A stretch of DNA of 64,000 nt from Azolla caroliniana (GCA_043228905.1 JBHGNT010000001.1:18228001-18292000); one strand, 5' to 3'; positions 1-13,897 are shown, counted from the first letter of the stretch. The notes: a model not told the origin generated them from the sequence alone. A program made the numbers and translations.

Positions 1-3000
1 CTGATACTTTCGATGGAACTCAGCCAAAAGATCCTGAGCATTGGCGACATGCTCGATGGGTTCCCAAGTACGTTCGCTCGGACTATAGCCTAGCCAATTG
101 ACCAAATAATAAAGTTTGTTGCGAACAAGTTTGGAATCGAGGATGGCAGCAACTTCATACTCCGGGCCGACTTGCAACTAGTAATCGGGAATAGTGTTTG
201 CTTGATAAGGTTCAAGAAGAGAGCTATGGAAAACCAAATGTATCTGAAGATGCGGAGGGAGATCAAGGCGGAACGTGACATCATTAACCTTACTAGTAAT
301 ACAGAAAGGACCGAGTCGTCGATAATCCAACTTGTCGCACGGTCGAGTAGTCTTGATGTGACAATGTAAGAGCCATACTCGATCTCCGATGGCAAAAGAG
401 GAGGATGATCAGGAACTAATGGAGTAGTTTTGCTACGGCCTGCGAAATGATTTCAAAGACCTACTTCTAACCTTCCCCGAAGAACCAAAGTCTCTTATGG
501 AGGCAATGAGTCAAGCGGTCCAATGCGACAACCGCCTTTTTGAACGACGTTCATAACGTCAATTACAAATACCATGCTCTAGGCCGGAGCCCACTTACGG
601 CTCAGTTGTGGCTAAACCGTTTGCAAGAGACATACCTCAAGCAAATACTCCGACACCGATGGAGATCGACACCATACATCGATGTGGCCTGTTATCGGAA
701 GAAGAAAAGCAACAACGACGTGCAAATCGATTATGCCTTTATTGTGGTGGACCAGGGCATATCGCAATCATTTGTCCCAATAGGCCAAGAAGACAGGTAA
801 ATCAAATCGTAGCCTATACTAAACCCGAGTCAATTCTTCCCTTTGGAGTGTCTGATAGTATTAATAGTACTAATAGCCCAAGTATCTCAAACAAATTTGA
901 AATCCTTAGTCAATTAGATGAAGAGTTAAACGATTGAGTCTAGCCAAAATAGGAGCCATTTGGTTGGACCTCCCTAGATTTATACAGCCCATTACTGGTT
1001 CCATTCCCTCCATGCAAGTTAGCAATGTGTTCCTAGCCCAAGTCATGGTTAGTACTAAAAGTACTCCCCTAGTACACGTCCTAGGACTTCTAGATTCCGA
1101 AGCTAAATCCTGTTTCATGGATCGAAATTTTGCCCAACCTTCTTAGATATCCTTAAGAAAACTTCCTTGCCCCACATCTGTAGTAGTCATTGATGGTTGT
1201 CCCATTGCTTCCAGGAATATTATAAAAGAGTCAGAACCCATTCAAGTTGTCCTAGGTAGTTTTGTGTGTGTACTATCCTTTAATATAATTAATAGTCCAG
1301 AGAATCCCATTGTCCTGGGATTACCTTGGTTTGAATTACATAATCCAAACATCGATTGGAGAACAAGAGAAGTCCGACATCGACAACCCCAAGAATCTCC
1401 TCATCGAGTTTCGACCATTTCACTACGTCAATTACGCGAAGGACACAAGGAGGCAATGTTCCTATTTGCAATATCAATACATCCTTCTAGCACTATTAAG
1501 GAGGAATCCTTAGTGCAACTTCCAGCGAACTATCATCCTTATGCCGATGTATTTGACAAAGTAAAAGCCGGTACTCTTCCTCATCATCGTCCCTATGATT
1601 GTCGCATCGATTTACAACCAGGAGTAGAGCCACATGGGGACCAATTTACAACTTGTCACCCACCGAGTTAGAAGTCCTTCAAGCCTACATAGAGGAGAAC
1701 TTGGCAAGTGGGTTTATTCGTCATTCGAAATCTTTGGCTGGTGCACCCATCTTCTTTGTCAAGAAGAAAGATGGCTCACTTCGTCTCGTCGTTGATTACC
1801 ACGGCTTGAATAAAGTCACCATCCGGAATAGGTATGCACTTCCTCTTATATCAAGTCTTTTAGAGAGATTTAATGGTGCCAAGTTTTTTACAAAAAATGA
1901 TCTACGAGGAGCGTATAACCTTATGCGGATCCGACCGGGAGATGAATGGAAGACCGCCTTTCGCATGCGGTATGGGCATTTCAAATATACTGTTATGCCG
2001 TTCGGTCTAACCAAATCACCCTCAGTCTTCCAACACATGGCAAATGATATATTTAGAGACCTCTTGGATATCTGTTTGATCATCTATCTGGATGATCTAT
2101 TGATTTATTCGAAGACCTAGGAAGAGTACGATTCTCATGTACTATTAGTACTAAAACGACTCTGTGAGAATGGTCTTTATGCCAAGCTAGAAAAATGTAG
2201 CTTTGACTGCAAGCAACTGGAATTTCTAGGCTACGTCATCTCCTCAAAGGGCATCTCCATGGATCCAACTAAAGTCCAAACTGTGCTAAAGTGGCAAATT
2301 CCACGGTCGGTACGAGATGTACAATGTTTTCTAGGTTTTGCTAACTTCTACTGCAAGTTTATACAGGATTACTCGAAGATTATTTTACCTCTCACACAAC
2401 TTACGAAGAAGGGACAAGCATTTCTTTGGTCCAATGAAGCGGACATGGCTTTTCGGCATCTTAAGAAAGCCTTTACATCAACTCCTATTCTAGGTCATGT
2501 GGATACAAACAAATCATTCATCATGGAGGCCGAAACATCAGATTTTTCCCTCAGTAGCATCCTGTCTCAACTAGGAGATAAAGAAGAGTTACATCTCGTG
2601 GCTTTTCATTCGCGCAAATTCGATGCCGCGGAAATCAACTACAAAATACATGACAAGGAGTTATTAGCCATTGTGGATTCCTTTGTGCAATGGCGGCATT
2701 TCTTAGAGGGCTCTCCACATCAGATCATTTTCTTTAGTGATCACAAAAATCTTGCTTATTTCCAGAATGCTCAGGTGTTAAATCGACGGCAAGCTCGGTG
2801 GGCTCAATTCCTCACGCATTTTGACTTCAAGGAAAACTAACAAGGAAAAGCAGATGCACTATCATGGCATTCATATCTTGCACCTTGTCCTCGTGATCCA
2901 GCATTTGATAATCAAAAGCAAGTAATCTTGGGACCAACACGATTGCACACAACGCGGATTTTTCACACCCCAATGGATTCCCGGATTACCAATGCCATAC

Positions 3001-4008
3001 GTGCGAACTTGAAGACAGACAGTTTTGCTCAACACATTCTGGTGAACATCAATACCTCTCGGGCATCCTGTTCTCAATCTCAGCAACCAGCTATGGACTA
3101 CCGACAATTCGAATATCATGATGGTTTGTTATTCTTTAAAAAGCTTGTATATGTCCCCGATTGCTCCTGTCGCCTTCAAATCGTCCAAAATTGTCACGAC
3201 ACCCATACGGCGGGACATTTCGGTAGTACTAAGACATTGGATCTCATTCAACGATCTTTTTGGTGGCCCCATATGCGACGTTTTGTCAACAACTACGTTT
3301 AGAATTGTGATGCTTCCTGCCGAGCAAAGATGCCCGAACACCATCCATATGGCTTGTTGGAACCCTTACCGATTCCAAGTAAGCTGTGGCAGTCTATTTG
3401 TCTTGATTTTATCACATATCTGCCGGTCTCGAAGGGGTTCGATGCTATCTTAACCGTCGTTGATCGATATACTAAGATGGCCCATTTTGTGTCGTGTACT
3501 AAGACCATCACTAGTGGGGAAACCGCCGCCCTTGTCATGCGTGAGGTATTTCGGCATCATGGCCTCCCAGACAGTATCATCAGTAACCAAGGACCTCAAT
3601 TCATCTCCAAATTTTGGCAGCATCTCTTCAAGATGGTCAAGGTCTCTTGCAACCAACCTCTCCTCTAGCTACCATCCCTAGACCGATGGGCAGGCGGAAC
3701 GAACAAACCAAACGCTGGAACAATATCTCCGGTGTTTTCTGAGTTATCAATAGGACGATTGGGCCAAGATTCTCCACTTTGTGGAGTTTGGATATAATAA
3801 TGTTGTTCACTCCTCGACTCAGGTCTCCCCATTTTACGCTTATACCGGTTCTCATCCTTGTTGGTCGGTGACCGACACCCTGGAACTACCTACCAATCCT
3901 CGTGTCGGGGATCAATTGGAGAGGCTACGCAAGATCCAGATGTATCTCTCTACTCATCTTCTTCATGCTCAACACACATAGAAGACTTATACAGATCTTC
4001 ATCGGCAA
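1..4008 (+). mobile_element. Degenerate Ty3/Gypsy (chromovirus, Tcn1/Tf2-like) internal region: gag-PR-RT-RNaseH-INT, truncated at both ends
   Basis: PTPMEID and CLYCGGPGHIAIIC zinc knuckle (608-937); LLDSEA protease-like motif; RT motifs [18 protein letters not shown] and YLDDLLIYS (1599-2120); RNase H HDKELLAIV (2259-2840); integrase HDTHTAGHFG and LDFIT..LTVVDRYTKMAHF (2928-3668). Many stops and frameshifts. Confidence 0.95.
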
Positions 4009-4196
4009 TGAACTTTCCTAGAGATACTACAAATAGAGATGCCAAATCCCTTGGTTTAAGCGACTTCCTAACTAGATCCTTTCTTTTACACACCTTTCCT
4101 TCAAAATTGGTGTCCATAGACTCAAATAACTTGGCAGAGATTAATATTTGTGTAAAGAAGGTGGGGCGTAGATGGTGTTATGCAACGGAAGCGAAC

Positions 4197-4200
<4 letters not shown>

Positions 4201-4244
<44 letters not shown>
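4201..4244. repeat. (TG)22 microsatellite
   Basis: Read directly. Confidence 0.98.
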
Positions 4245-4245
<1 letters not shown>

Positions 4246-4259
4246 ATGTAAGGCAAGAT

Positions 4260-5053
4260 AGAGAGACAGAGAGAGCTTGAACAAGAAGTTGTATTGGTAA
4301 AAATAGAATTACATCGAACAATAACTAAGTTACAAAAGGTTGGTTTAAATACTAACTGATCAAGGACAACTGCCCTTTCTACTAATTACAAATCTAGCCT
4401 AGTATGATGTCCACTGGCTAGTGTGAACACTATCTCTATGGGAAGTTGAGTTCGATTCTCAACATACCCCTTCGAATTACAACTTCCGGATGTTGAAATG
4501 TTGGTTCAATTCGATCTTAGAAAAAACTTCGATTGGGCTGAATTGGCTTTGGCTTTCGAGTTGTTTCAGTTGTTCAGCTTTCGATTGCTCGATTACTTCG
4601 TGCTCCTTGTTTGACTCTCGGCTCGATTATTATCGTACTTCGTCTCCTTTGGTCGGCTTTGTTCGATTGATCGACTGTTATTCGATCTTGACGGTTACTA
4701 TTTTTTTTCAGTACTCCCCCCCCTCAAGCATGGATGGTCGGTGATCAAGAGACGAAGGTTCATCGCGAATTGTCACAGCTTGTCAAACCCCAGGGCTTTT
4801 GTGAAGATGTCGGCTACCTGAAGATTCGTGCTGATGTGTTGTACATATCCAGCCTGCACACGCTCTCGGATGAAGTGATAGTGCACTTCGATATGCTTAG
4901 TCCGCATGTGGAACACAAGGTTCTGAGCCAGGTAGATAGTGCTCATATTGTCGTAGTATAGGAGAATCGGATCCTTGATGGGAATGCTTAGATCCTTCAA
5001 TATGTGCTTCAGCCAGACGGCCTCGCATGCGGCGACTGCTGCGCCCTTGTATT
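4260..5053 (-). mobile_element. Ty1/Copia 3' end: RNase H, extra 3' region, PPT and start of 3' LTR (lower bound approximate)
   Basis: Minus-strand YKGAAVAACEAVWLKH..YYDNMSTI..RTKHIEVHYHFIRE..QVADIFTKAL; purine tract (complement at 4712-4729); second GAAGGGGTA-TGTTG junction at about 4465. Confidence 0.85.
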
Positions 5054-5689
5054 TGTTACCGTACGGGATGTACAGGAGATGTAGAGTGTGATGAGCGAGG
5101 GTCGAAGGCTATAATGTTGTTAATGTGTAAGTGTAATTGTGAGTGTGAGTCGATGTGTATGTGTACACATGCACACATGTGTGCATGTGGACGGATACGA
5201 GGAGGTGGGAGTGAGTGATTAGTATGAATGGACAAGGGGACTTGCACGCTTGTGTATCTACCCTCTTGTAATTATTTAATCCCCTTATGGGGAATGAATG
5301 AATAATGAAGATACTATGTTCTCTCTCAATCTCTCGCTCTTGTCATCTCTGTTTCTCTCTCTCTCCCCTTACATTGAACCCCCTTCGGAGGGGGGTGGAG
5401 CCATTCTAGGCACCACCCCCCACCCCAAAATGACTCTCAATGCTTATCAACATCTTTATAATAGCCATCAACCTCGCAATGCTTATCAATCTCCCCATCA
5501 CAACCATATTCTACCATTTCTATCTTCATCATCACTATGATAGTCATTAACCCAAACCCTAAAACCTACAACAGTATTTTGACACACCCGGTGGGACAAT
5601 ACATTGTATGTCGAACCCACGGTTCAGCCTCGTTAATCTTCATTGAGTACGTCCAATATGGTCTGATCTAGGGTTTCAAGTGGTTCTTC

Positions 5690-8600
5690 ACCCTGGTGCT
5701 GTTGTTGCTCCTGATGCGCCTCTTTGTTGCTCTCTGTCTTCTTTCGACGGAGGAATCTCCGTTCTTGTGTGAGTTTTGGCATTCACACTCTTCCCGGTAC
5801 CTACTTGTTGCTCCGACCCAGCCGCCTTGTTTTGATCCACACCGGCTTCCCTTGGCTGTTCCCTTCCGACTTCATTCAACATCCCCTCCTACTACGGTTG
5901 TGGTTCTGCAGTCTGCTCCTCATCACTGATATTTATTGCTGCCTTCCGTTTTTAGGCTTGCAATCGCCGGCGCTCCCGTTCGTATCGCTCGAACTAAAGT
6001 TCCGTTCTGAGTTGATCATTCTCAAGCTTTTCCATCATCCTTCAGACAAAATCAAGGTGGGATTTAGCCAAGGAGAAGAAGTCATCCGACAACTCCTCTC
6101 GGATGGTGTCTATACTTTCTTCGTCCAACTTGTAGAAATTGTGTCTAGTTTTTCTCCGGTTCTCTGCATCTACTCGGAGCACCTGTAACTCTGCTGCTTC
6201 TTGTGACCATTACGTCCGCATTGTCATCGAGAAGTCGTCGATGTTTACCTTTGTCCAGTTCTTCCATGCCGTGACTATCATCCGTATGCATTCCATACCA
6301 AGCTTGATATTGTCCTTGAAAACCTTCTTTTCGTCCTTCATTTTCTTGATGAGAGGAATGGTGGCCTGAGCCTACACTTCATAGTTTAGCAATTAAGTTT
6401 GGTACGTGGTTTGGACCCTATCCAAGGCCATTCTTTCCCGTTCCGTTTCTTCATAGTGTTTCCGGTTCAACTCCATTCTTTCCTTCGCCGCTTCTGCCAG
6501 TGTCGTTGCCGTAGCAACCACCTGGGTGTGTTCCTTCACCAACTCCTCCGTTAACTTGGCCAGCTCTGTCCGGATTTCTTTCATCTTTTCTTGCTGCCGG
6601 TTAAATTCTGACACAAGCTTCTTGTGTCTAGCTGCTTGTGGTCCCAGTGCAGTTTTTCGAAATCCTCTGTTTTCTGCTTAAGGTGTCGGTTGATTTGAGA
6701 GCATGCCCGATCCTCTCGATCTTTTTCCTGCCAGATTTCTTCCTTAAGCCTCTCTATATCCATTTCCGCCATTCTTCGGAGCTGATCCTTTTCCTGCAAC
6801 AAATTTTCTCTTTCCTCCTCCTTTAGCCTATCGTTATTTGCGTGACTTTTTCGTATATTTTCCTCTAGTCTCTGCTTCTGCTCTTCGGTTGTCTACTTTT
6901 GCACTCTCTCTCTTTCCCGTAATACTTCTTGAGTGGCAATCGCTTCCCTTAAGGTTAACATTTCCTTTTCTTGCTCAACATCTTTCTTCGGGGCTATACT
7001 CCCCACTGGTTGTGCCTCCGTTTCCGGAGTTTCTTTCTGTAGATTAGCCGGTAGCACCTGCTCCGTTACTATAGTTATACTTCGGCTCATGATGGCCGCA
7101 TATTCCTTGGCCCTTTTTAACTCTCCTTCCAGGCTCCGGATCTGTGCTCGAGCCTTCTCTAATTCTTCGTTTGTGGCTAGCAACCGTTCTGCTTGACTTC
7201 CGTCCTGCCTCTATTCGTACTCCATTCGGTCGGCCACCCTGGCTACTTGCCCTCCAACCCATTTTAACCATTGGCGGCATGTTCCGTGTTGTGTTACGGC
7301 AACAAACTGCTGCACAAGCTCCGGTCTTGGTTTGTGCTCCTCCTTGAGCCATTGGGTCGGCTGTTCTAGTGTCCGCTCCGGACGACGTTCCTGGTGCTAC
7401 TGCTCTCGAAGACCCGGTGAGGTTCGACATTGTGTAATCGGTTCCTGCGGAACCTTTGTCACCACTTCTAGTCTTTTTCCCGGCTCTTCCTCCATCTTGG
7501 GTAATACCACTACTGAATAGGTCTTCGGGGTATTGTCTTGCGTCGGACTTGATTCTTCCCCTTGCTCCTTTGTGTCGCACTTCCTTGGCTAACGATGGAG
7601 GGGTTCGGCTGGTTCTTCTTCCGCTTCTTCCTCTGTGATTTTTGTGTTCACCCTTTGGACCAGGTTGTCTGTGTCTGTGTCCTGTCATTGCAGCTTGATT
7701 TTAATTGGTTTGGCCGTTTTTTCCGAAGAGGACTCCACTTGTTCCTGTCTCCTGGTCGTTTGTATTTCTGCACATTGAGATGATTCCTCGTCCGTCCACC
7801 TAGGGTAGTGCTTTGACAAGAGTTGTTGCCGTTTGGATGCCTTATTCGGTATGATTTCCGGTCGGGCCCACTTCTTCGGCTTGATGGCGCGTAATGGGGA
7901 TACTAATAGGGTAAGCCACTATCCTAACCCGCACCACACCTTCTTTCCCTCTATGACTGACTGGATGCCTGCCCTCAATGCATCCACCACGATTACTAGC
8001 TAGTCCACTTTGATGTCTTCAAATGCAGCGATGATAAAACCAGTTCTGTTCTTCAACATGGCCGGTGGGCGAGGGTGTACAAAACCATATTCTAACAACA
8101 CACGAGTGACGTCCTTGAACAAGGGATCCTCGCCACCCTGTGTGCGATACTCTTTGCTAGCGAGTGAATACTCCCCGAAGTATTCTATGAGGATCTCTGT
8201 GCAGGGGTTTTCTATAGAGTACAGTCCTTGGCCAGGCAATTCTACTAGGGCCTGCACCATGCCTTCAGATATTTCTTCGAGGTCTATTATGGAAGCGACC
8301 TTCTCCGGTTCTTCGTGTCATGGCGCATCCGCTACCCAGAGGATGCCTTCCCATTCGTCTTTGGTGAGCCAATCCCTTATCACAGTCGAGAGTGCCATCA
8401 GTTCTATGTCGTATTTGTCGATTGTACTACTGTGGGCATGTGCTGGAGGTTGGTTGATTGCTTGTGCTTTTCCAGAAGCCTGTGTGCTCTATTGTGTGCT
8501 CAAAAGTCTTCTTTCGCGAAATGATAGGCTTTCGGTCATCCCGAAGTTTTGTAGCCCCATTATTTTAGCCGCCTTTTTTTGATTCTCGCGCATCCGTTAC

Positions 8601-8990
8601 CCAAAGGATGCCTTCCCAACCGTGTTTGGTGAGCCAGTCCCTTATCGTAGTCGAGAGTGCCATCGGTTTTGTGTCGTCTTCATGAACTGTACTATGGAAG
8701 CGACCTTCTCCGGTTCTTCGTGTCGTGGCCCATCCGCTACCCAGAGAATGCCTTCCCATCCATGTTTGGTGAGCTAGTCCCTTATCATAGTCGAGAGTGC
8801 CATCGGTTCTGTGTCATCTTCGTCAACTATACTACTGTTGGGATGTGCTTGAGGTTGGTTGATTTCCTGTGCTTTTCCGAAAGCCTGTGTGCTCTGCTGC
8901 ATTCTCAAAAGTCTTCTTTCGTGAAATGACAAGCTTTCAGCCATCCTGAAGTTTTGTAGCCCCATTATTTCAACCGCCTTTTCTTGATTC
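5690..8990 (-). pseudogene. Disrupted antisense extra ORF of a Tat-like retroelement: N-terminal globular domain plus long coiled coil
   Basis: Consecutive minus-strand fragments 8000-8260, 6893-7183, 6581-6802 and 6393-6614, the last three E/K/R heptad-rich; antisense extra ORFs are known in Tat/Ogre elements. Confidence 0.55.
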
Positions 8991-8995
8991 CCGCG
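8289..8995. repeat. Imperfect internal tandem duplication (~300 bp twice plus a ~105 bp partial copy)
   Basis: ATGGAAGCGACCTTCTCCGGTTCTTCGTGTC at 8289 and 8694; CATCCGYTACCCARAGGATGCCTTCCCA-like block three times. Confidence 0.9.
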
Positions 8996-10203
8996 CATGC
9001 ATGTCGTGTATCCTAATAGTATGAGTATTACCCATGGTGCGCTTTTCGTGGTGACTATTCATCATATCGAATCGTATCGTTTTATTTATGTTTTTATTTA
9101 TTTATTTATTTATTTATTTTCATACTGGACTACTTGTAGTTCGTACCTGAAGGTACCAGCTCCGTTGTCGATGCAGGTTCCCCAGTTATTCCCTTCATGC
9201 CGGTCTCTAGTTGTTTCAATGGATTCTTCGGCTTCAGTCCTTGGTATGGTTTTAACCGGAAACTGTTCACCCACTTGTACAATACGTCACCGAGTAGTGT
9301 GCCTAATTGGTATAATCCCTTGAATTCCCTAGTAATCCAAATTGGTCCGTTCCTTTCTAACTGTCTGTAGTCTGGGTGTCTCCGTCGTTCATCCGGTTTG
9401 ATTGTCTCCGTCCTTCCGGTCGTCGTTCATCCTGACCACCTCTATTCCGCTTCAGCTACTGTCCAACCCTCGGTTTTCTGCTGTTCTGGCCGAATCTCCA
9501 TCTCTATTTGTTTTCTTCTTTCCCCAACGTCTCCATTGCCGTTGTCCAACGTCATCGTTGCTTGGCTCGTTCGTTTGTCTGTCTTGTGCATTTTTCTAGC
9601 CTATCCGGTCTGGCCATCTCCATTTCGGCACCTGGTGCTCGTCATCCATCACTGTTGCTCTGTGTTTTTGTTTGCTCGGTTTAGTCGTCATCCTGGCCGT
9701 TGTCGTCTATCTGGTCCCTGCATTTGCAGTAGTCTCCATCCTTGTTTAGGCGTTGTCTCTGTTAGTGTCGTTGTCCATATGTTCGGCCCGTCTGACTAAC
9801 CATATTTGTCCGGTCCGTCCCATTCCGGTGTCTTTCCATCAATGTCTGTTTGTTCGGCCTGTTTGGCTGTGTCTTTCTGGTTTTTTGTTCATTCGGCCTG
9901 TGCTTGTCTGTCTTTTAAGCTGTTTCTATCTTTCCGGATTTCCGAATAGCACCATCATTCTCTTTTATTTCTCTTATCGTTTGTTATTAGATCCGTGCCA
10001 CATAGACCCAACACAAACCAACAAAACACACTTGAATAGACCTTACTTCGCAGCAAAATTGTCCAATAGTGAATCAACTATTTCCCATCGTGGATGTGGC
10101 GTGTGAGTAGATGTGTATGTGTACACATGCACACTAATGACATTATAGCATTCAACCCTCACTCATCACACTCTACATCTCCCATACATCCCGTATGGTA
10201 ACA

Positions 10204-11095
10204 TGGTTGCCTCAAGAAAAGGTTTCCAGTTCTCGAACTATCACCACCTTCATCATGAAAGCATAATGATATGCCATATACTTATCGTAGCCAAATCGGC
10301 TGACCGGGTTTTCCTCTTGGGTGGAGTTTCTCATTTGCAAAGTCTAAGGCTTTATTTGCGCCATAAGTCTAGATGATTGGAATGTCCAGGCCTTCGAACT
10401 CACTATCAAGGGAGTGAGTTGACTCGATGGATTGGATCTTCGTATCCTAGCATTTTGGCCTTCCCTTCAGACTCGGCCAAGATGTCCTTAGGTCACTGGG
10501 GGGCTCTTGTGGTCCACTAAGCCTTGTCGTAATCAGACTTTCTTTCAAAATGTGTCCGAGTCAAAATTCTTCTTCCATCTCTCATTCAATCAATTCAGGA
10601 TCGACTGGAGTAGAAATCAGAGTCATCTTTAGGTCGTGGCAAAAGGCTGACTAGTTGAAAGTGAAGTCTCGACTTACTCAAACTTTTTGGGTAGAAGGAT
10701 TGTAACATTTGTACCCCTTTTTTCGAGTGAGTAGCCTACGTGGATACATTTCTCCGACTTTGGGTCGAGCTTTTGTCGCTTCTCGTCAGGACTTTGTACA
10801 TAGGCAATTGAGCCGAATATCCAGACATGTGATAAGTCAGGATTCATTTCGAAAAACTTCTCATGAGGGGTTACATCATGAGGTAGACAGTTGTGTTTTC
10901 CACTTCTGCCTATTAAGATTTCGGCTGGTTTTTCTCGTTCATCATGGCCCTTGCCACCTCTACTATGTGCCGATTTTTCCGTTCGGCTACTCCATTTTGC
11001 TGAGGGGTGTGTAGGCATGAGAATTCTCGTCTAATTCCTTCATTTTGGATGCACGTTGTAAAATCGTCTGAGAAGTACTCCTTTCCTCCATTTGA
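10204..11095 (-). mobile_element. Ty1/Copia integrase and INT-RT linker fragment, probably the same element as 4260-5053
   Basis: PDLSHVWIFGSIAYV..KRQKLDPKSEKCIHVGYS; YTP..QNGVAERKNR; NPVSRFGYDKYMAYHY. Confidence 0.85.
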
Positions 11096-11159
11096 TCGAA
11101 GGCATCGTTTTCTGTTCTGAGTTGTGTACCTTCAACATATCTATTGTGGATTGACGATC

Positions 11160-12638
11160 CGATACTCAACACTATCAGAGCTTGAGGTGCAAGCATGGAA
11201 GGAGATTTGAGAGGCTTCCAAGGTATGATAGTTAAACTCTCAGAACTATGAGGATTGGAAGATTAAGATGGAGGACCTTCTCATAGTGAAAGATTTGTAC
11301 GAGCCAATCAAAAGATCCGAAATACCCACGAGGGTATTAGAGTCGGAATGGAAACTTCTGAACAGAAAGGCAGTCGCCACCATCCGACACTACGTCAATG
11401 TAAGTGTCCTTCATCATCTGGCGAATGACACAAATGCCCACGAGATGTGGCAGAAGCTATTAGGTCTATGCGAGAGGAAGAACGCCCTCAATAAAACCTC
11501 ACTAATGAGAAAGATCATATGGCTGAAATACAAAGCAGGTGAGAGCATCGTCGAACACATTAGCACATTCATGGGGTACGTAAATCAACTTGCCGCAACC
11601 AAGTTTCCTCTTCAGGATGCAATGCAGGACATCCTATTGTTGTGTACTTGCCAGACAGCTGGGAGAACCTGTTGGTGACCCTCAACACCTCGTGTGAAGA
11701 AGAGAACTTGTCTGTACAAGCGGTAAAGACAAGCATCTTGAACGATGAGACCAGAAGGAAAGACAAGGGTGTCCTGGCCCAATCGGAGTCAAACTTGACA
11801 CAACACACCGGTAGAGGAAGAGATCGGCAAAGGAGTCCACCAAGGAGAGAGAAGTCTCAAGCTAGGTTGAAGTCCATCGGTAAGCTAACATGCTTTTATT
11901 GTGGAAAGCCTGGACATTTCCAGAAGGACTGCCAACACATGAGGAAGGACAAAGGTGTCGAACCCAAGAAGATTCTTGATGAAAAGAGCACTTAGGCCAT
12001 TGCTACGAGCAATGAAGAACTCTTGTTCATTTGTGAACAAGCAAGTGCAAACCTTGCAAGCGAAGAATGCACTTGGGTGATCGACTCTGGTGCATCTATT
12101 CATATAACTCCTTCGAGAGAGTATTTCTCAACTTACATAGCCAGGGATCATGGTTTTATAAAGATGGGCGACAATGGAGAGTGCAAGATAGTTGGAGTCG
12201 GAAGTGTCTGGTTGACGACATCGACTGACCCTGATGGAAGTTCGACATGTCCCCAATATCAATTTGAATATGATATTGATTGGAAGATTAGATGACGAAG
12301 GCTACAATGGTAGTTTTCGGAAGGGCAAGTCAAAGTTCTACCGGGGAAACCTCATAGTGGCTACAACACAGAAGGAGGGCACAATGTATATGATGCACGC
12401 CCGATTGTGCAAGTCGGAAGTGAATGTGGCTGTTGACTCAGCAGGGAAGATATGGCATAAGATGCTAGGCCACACTGAGTGAGAAGGGTTTACATCTGTT
12501 AGCCGACCTAAAACTTCTTCCAAAAGTAAAGGCACTACACTTGGTGAAATGTGTTGACTGCTCAGTTGGCAAACAAAACAAAGCTGCATTACAGTCAAGA
12601 ACACCAAGAAGAAGAGAAGTGTCACTGGAACTAGTACC
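11160..12638 (+). mobile_element. Ty1/Copia (Tork/Tnt1-like) 5' fragment: degenerate Met PBS, gag, zinc knuckle, protease, GAG-pre-integrase
   Basis: CAACA-CTATCAGAGC at 11167-11181; MEDLLIVKDLY; CFYCGKPGHFQKDC; WVIDSGASIH; IWHKMLGH. Confidence 0.9.
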
Positions 12639-12639
12639 T

Positions 12640-13897
12640 GTTGGCTGCCTTTGACGACCAAGTGTGAAACGCCGAAGCGGAGCGGACAAAGCGAAGCGGA
12701 CAACCGTGTATGAAACGATGCAGCGGATTGGACAAGGGGCGTGTAACAAAAAGACGGGTAGGCCCGAGGAGAAAGTGTAACACATGGAAAGTAATTATGA
12801 GAGAGTGAGAAAGAGAGCAGTTCACGCTTAGTCGTAACCGCCCATGCCCCTATATAAAGGACATGGAAAGCCTGTAAAGGGTTAGTCGTAAATTTGTGGA
12901 CACGCTCAAGTGATATACACTCTATTTTGCTCAATCACTACTTCTATGTCTATTGTAATTGTGTATATCCATGCCGTAATCTATGGCTGAGTTTTCCTTT
13001 GTGTCAAGCACTCGTACTTTGTGTTGAGTACTATATCCCCTGCTAGTGGAGGCCGCTTGTGTGGAGCTCCACAACCTCCTAGTTACGTTGAGTGCCCATT
13101 ACGACTTTGTTGCAATATGACTCATGCACCCTCCTGCCTATTCCAAAGTCACCTTGAGCCAGTTACAGTAGAAACGCGTAATGACACCGTGTCTACCGAA
13201 CCCGATAACACTTTTGTCACGCCTAGTGGATCTATGCAAGCACAACGTACATCAGGGGATGCATGTCTACTCGCCGCAATAGCAATGGAACACGCAACTA
13301 CCCACCTCTGACTCACGCCAAGGCTAAGAGGCTCCCATCATTAACCTCATCGACAATAGCAACCAAATCTTGCAGCAAGACGAGACCCTATTCAATTCCG
13401 TGCTTGCAAAGCCACCCCGACACGAAGTCGCGAAACGGCTAGACAACACACGTCAAATTGCACATCACCAAAAAGCCCCCTCCCCGCGGAGTTTTTTCCC
13501 AACACAAAGGAAGCCACCATGTCGTACCCCTATCCCCGCTACAATGGCTAAGCCGACGTAGAGGCTCATGTCCACGCCTTCCTTACCAATGCCTAGCCGC
13601 GGCTGAGGCGACCATATCAAAGATAGCTGAGTTCGGGCTATCTCTGGATGGGCACGTAGCGAACTGGTATTCGCAAAATGACATTATAGAGTTCGCCGAG
13701 TTTGACCAACTCTGGGAATAGTTCATCCAACTATTTCATCGTAGAATTCCTCAACAAGAATTAATGAGCCAGTTTTATGCAATAATGTAAGAACTAACAA
13801 AGGCAATCCCATAGTTCGTCATCCGATTTTAAAACATATGACCACAAATGGCATGATCTCAGATGCCGAAGGAACTCACAGAGACATTCTTGACTGC
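12640..13897 (+). mobile_element. Tat-like Gypsy LTR, Arg-like PBS and gag fragment (LTR start approximate)
   Basis: ..ATAACA-CTTTTGTCACGCCTAGTGGA (13205-13230); gag YPRYNG..AHVHAFL..SKIAEFGLSLDG, homologous to the gag at ~44600-44800. Confidence 0.7.

Larger units (their letters stand above)
5054..10203 (+). mobile_element. Non-autonomous Tat/Ogre-like Gypsy derivative: LTR 5054-5574, tRNA-Arg-like PBS, internal region holding only an antisense ORF; termini are inverted repeats
   Basis: TGTTAC start; ..ACAACA followed by GTATTTTGACACACCCGGTGGGAC (PBS-like, 5578-5598); 10130-10203 is the reverse complement of 5054-~5127; no gag/pol motifs inside. Confidence 0.65.

Noticed and set aside
9330-10106. 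Hydrophobic Cys/Leu/Ser-rich ORFs as an env-like gene
   Set aside because: Pyrimidine-rich low-complexity sequence open in several frames with no motifs
5054-10203. DIRS-type retroelement (inverted termini)
   Set aside because: No RT or tyrosine recombinase; it has a Tat-like tRNA PBS
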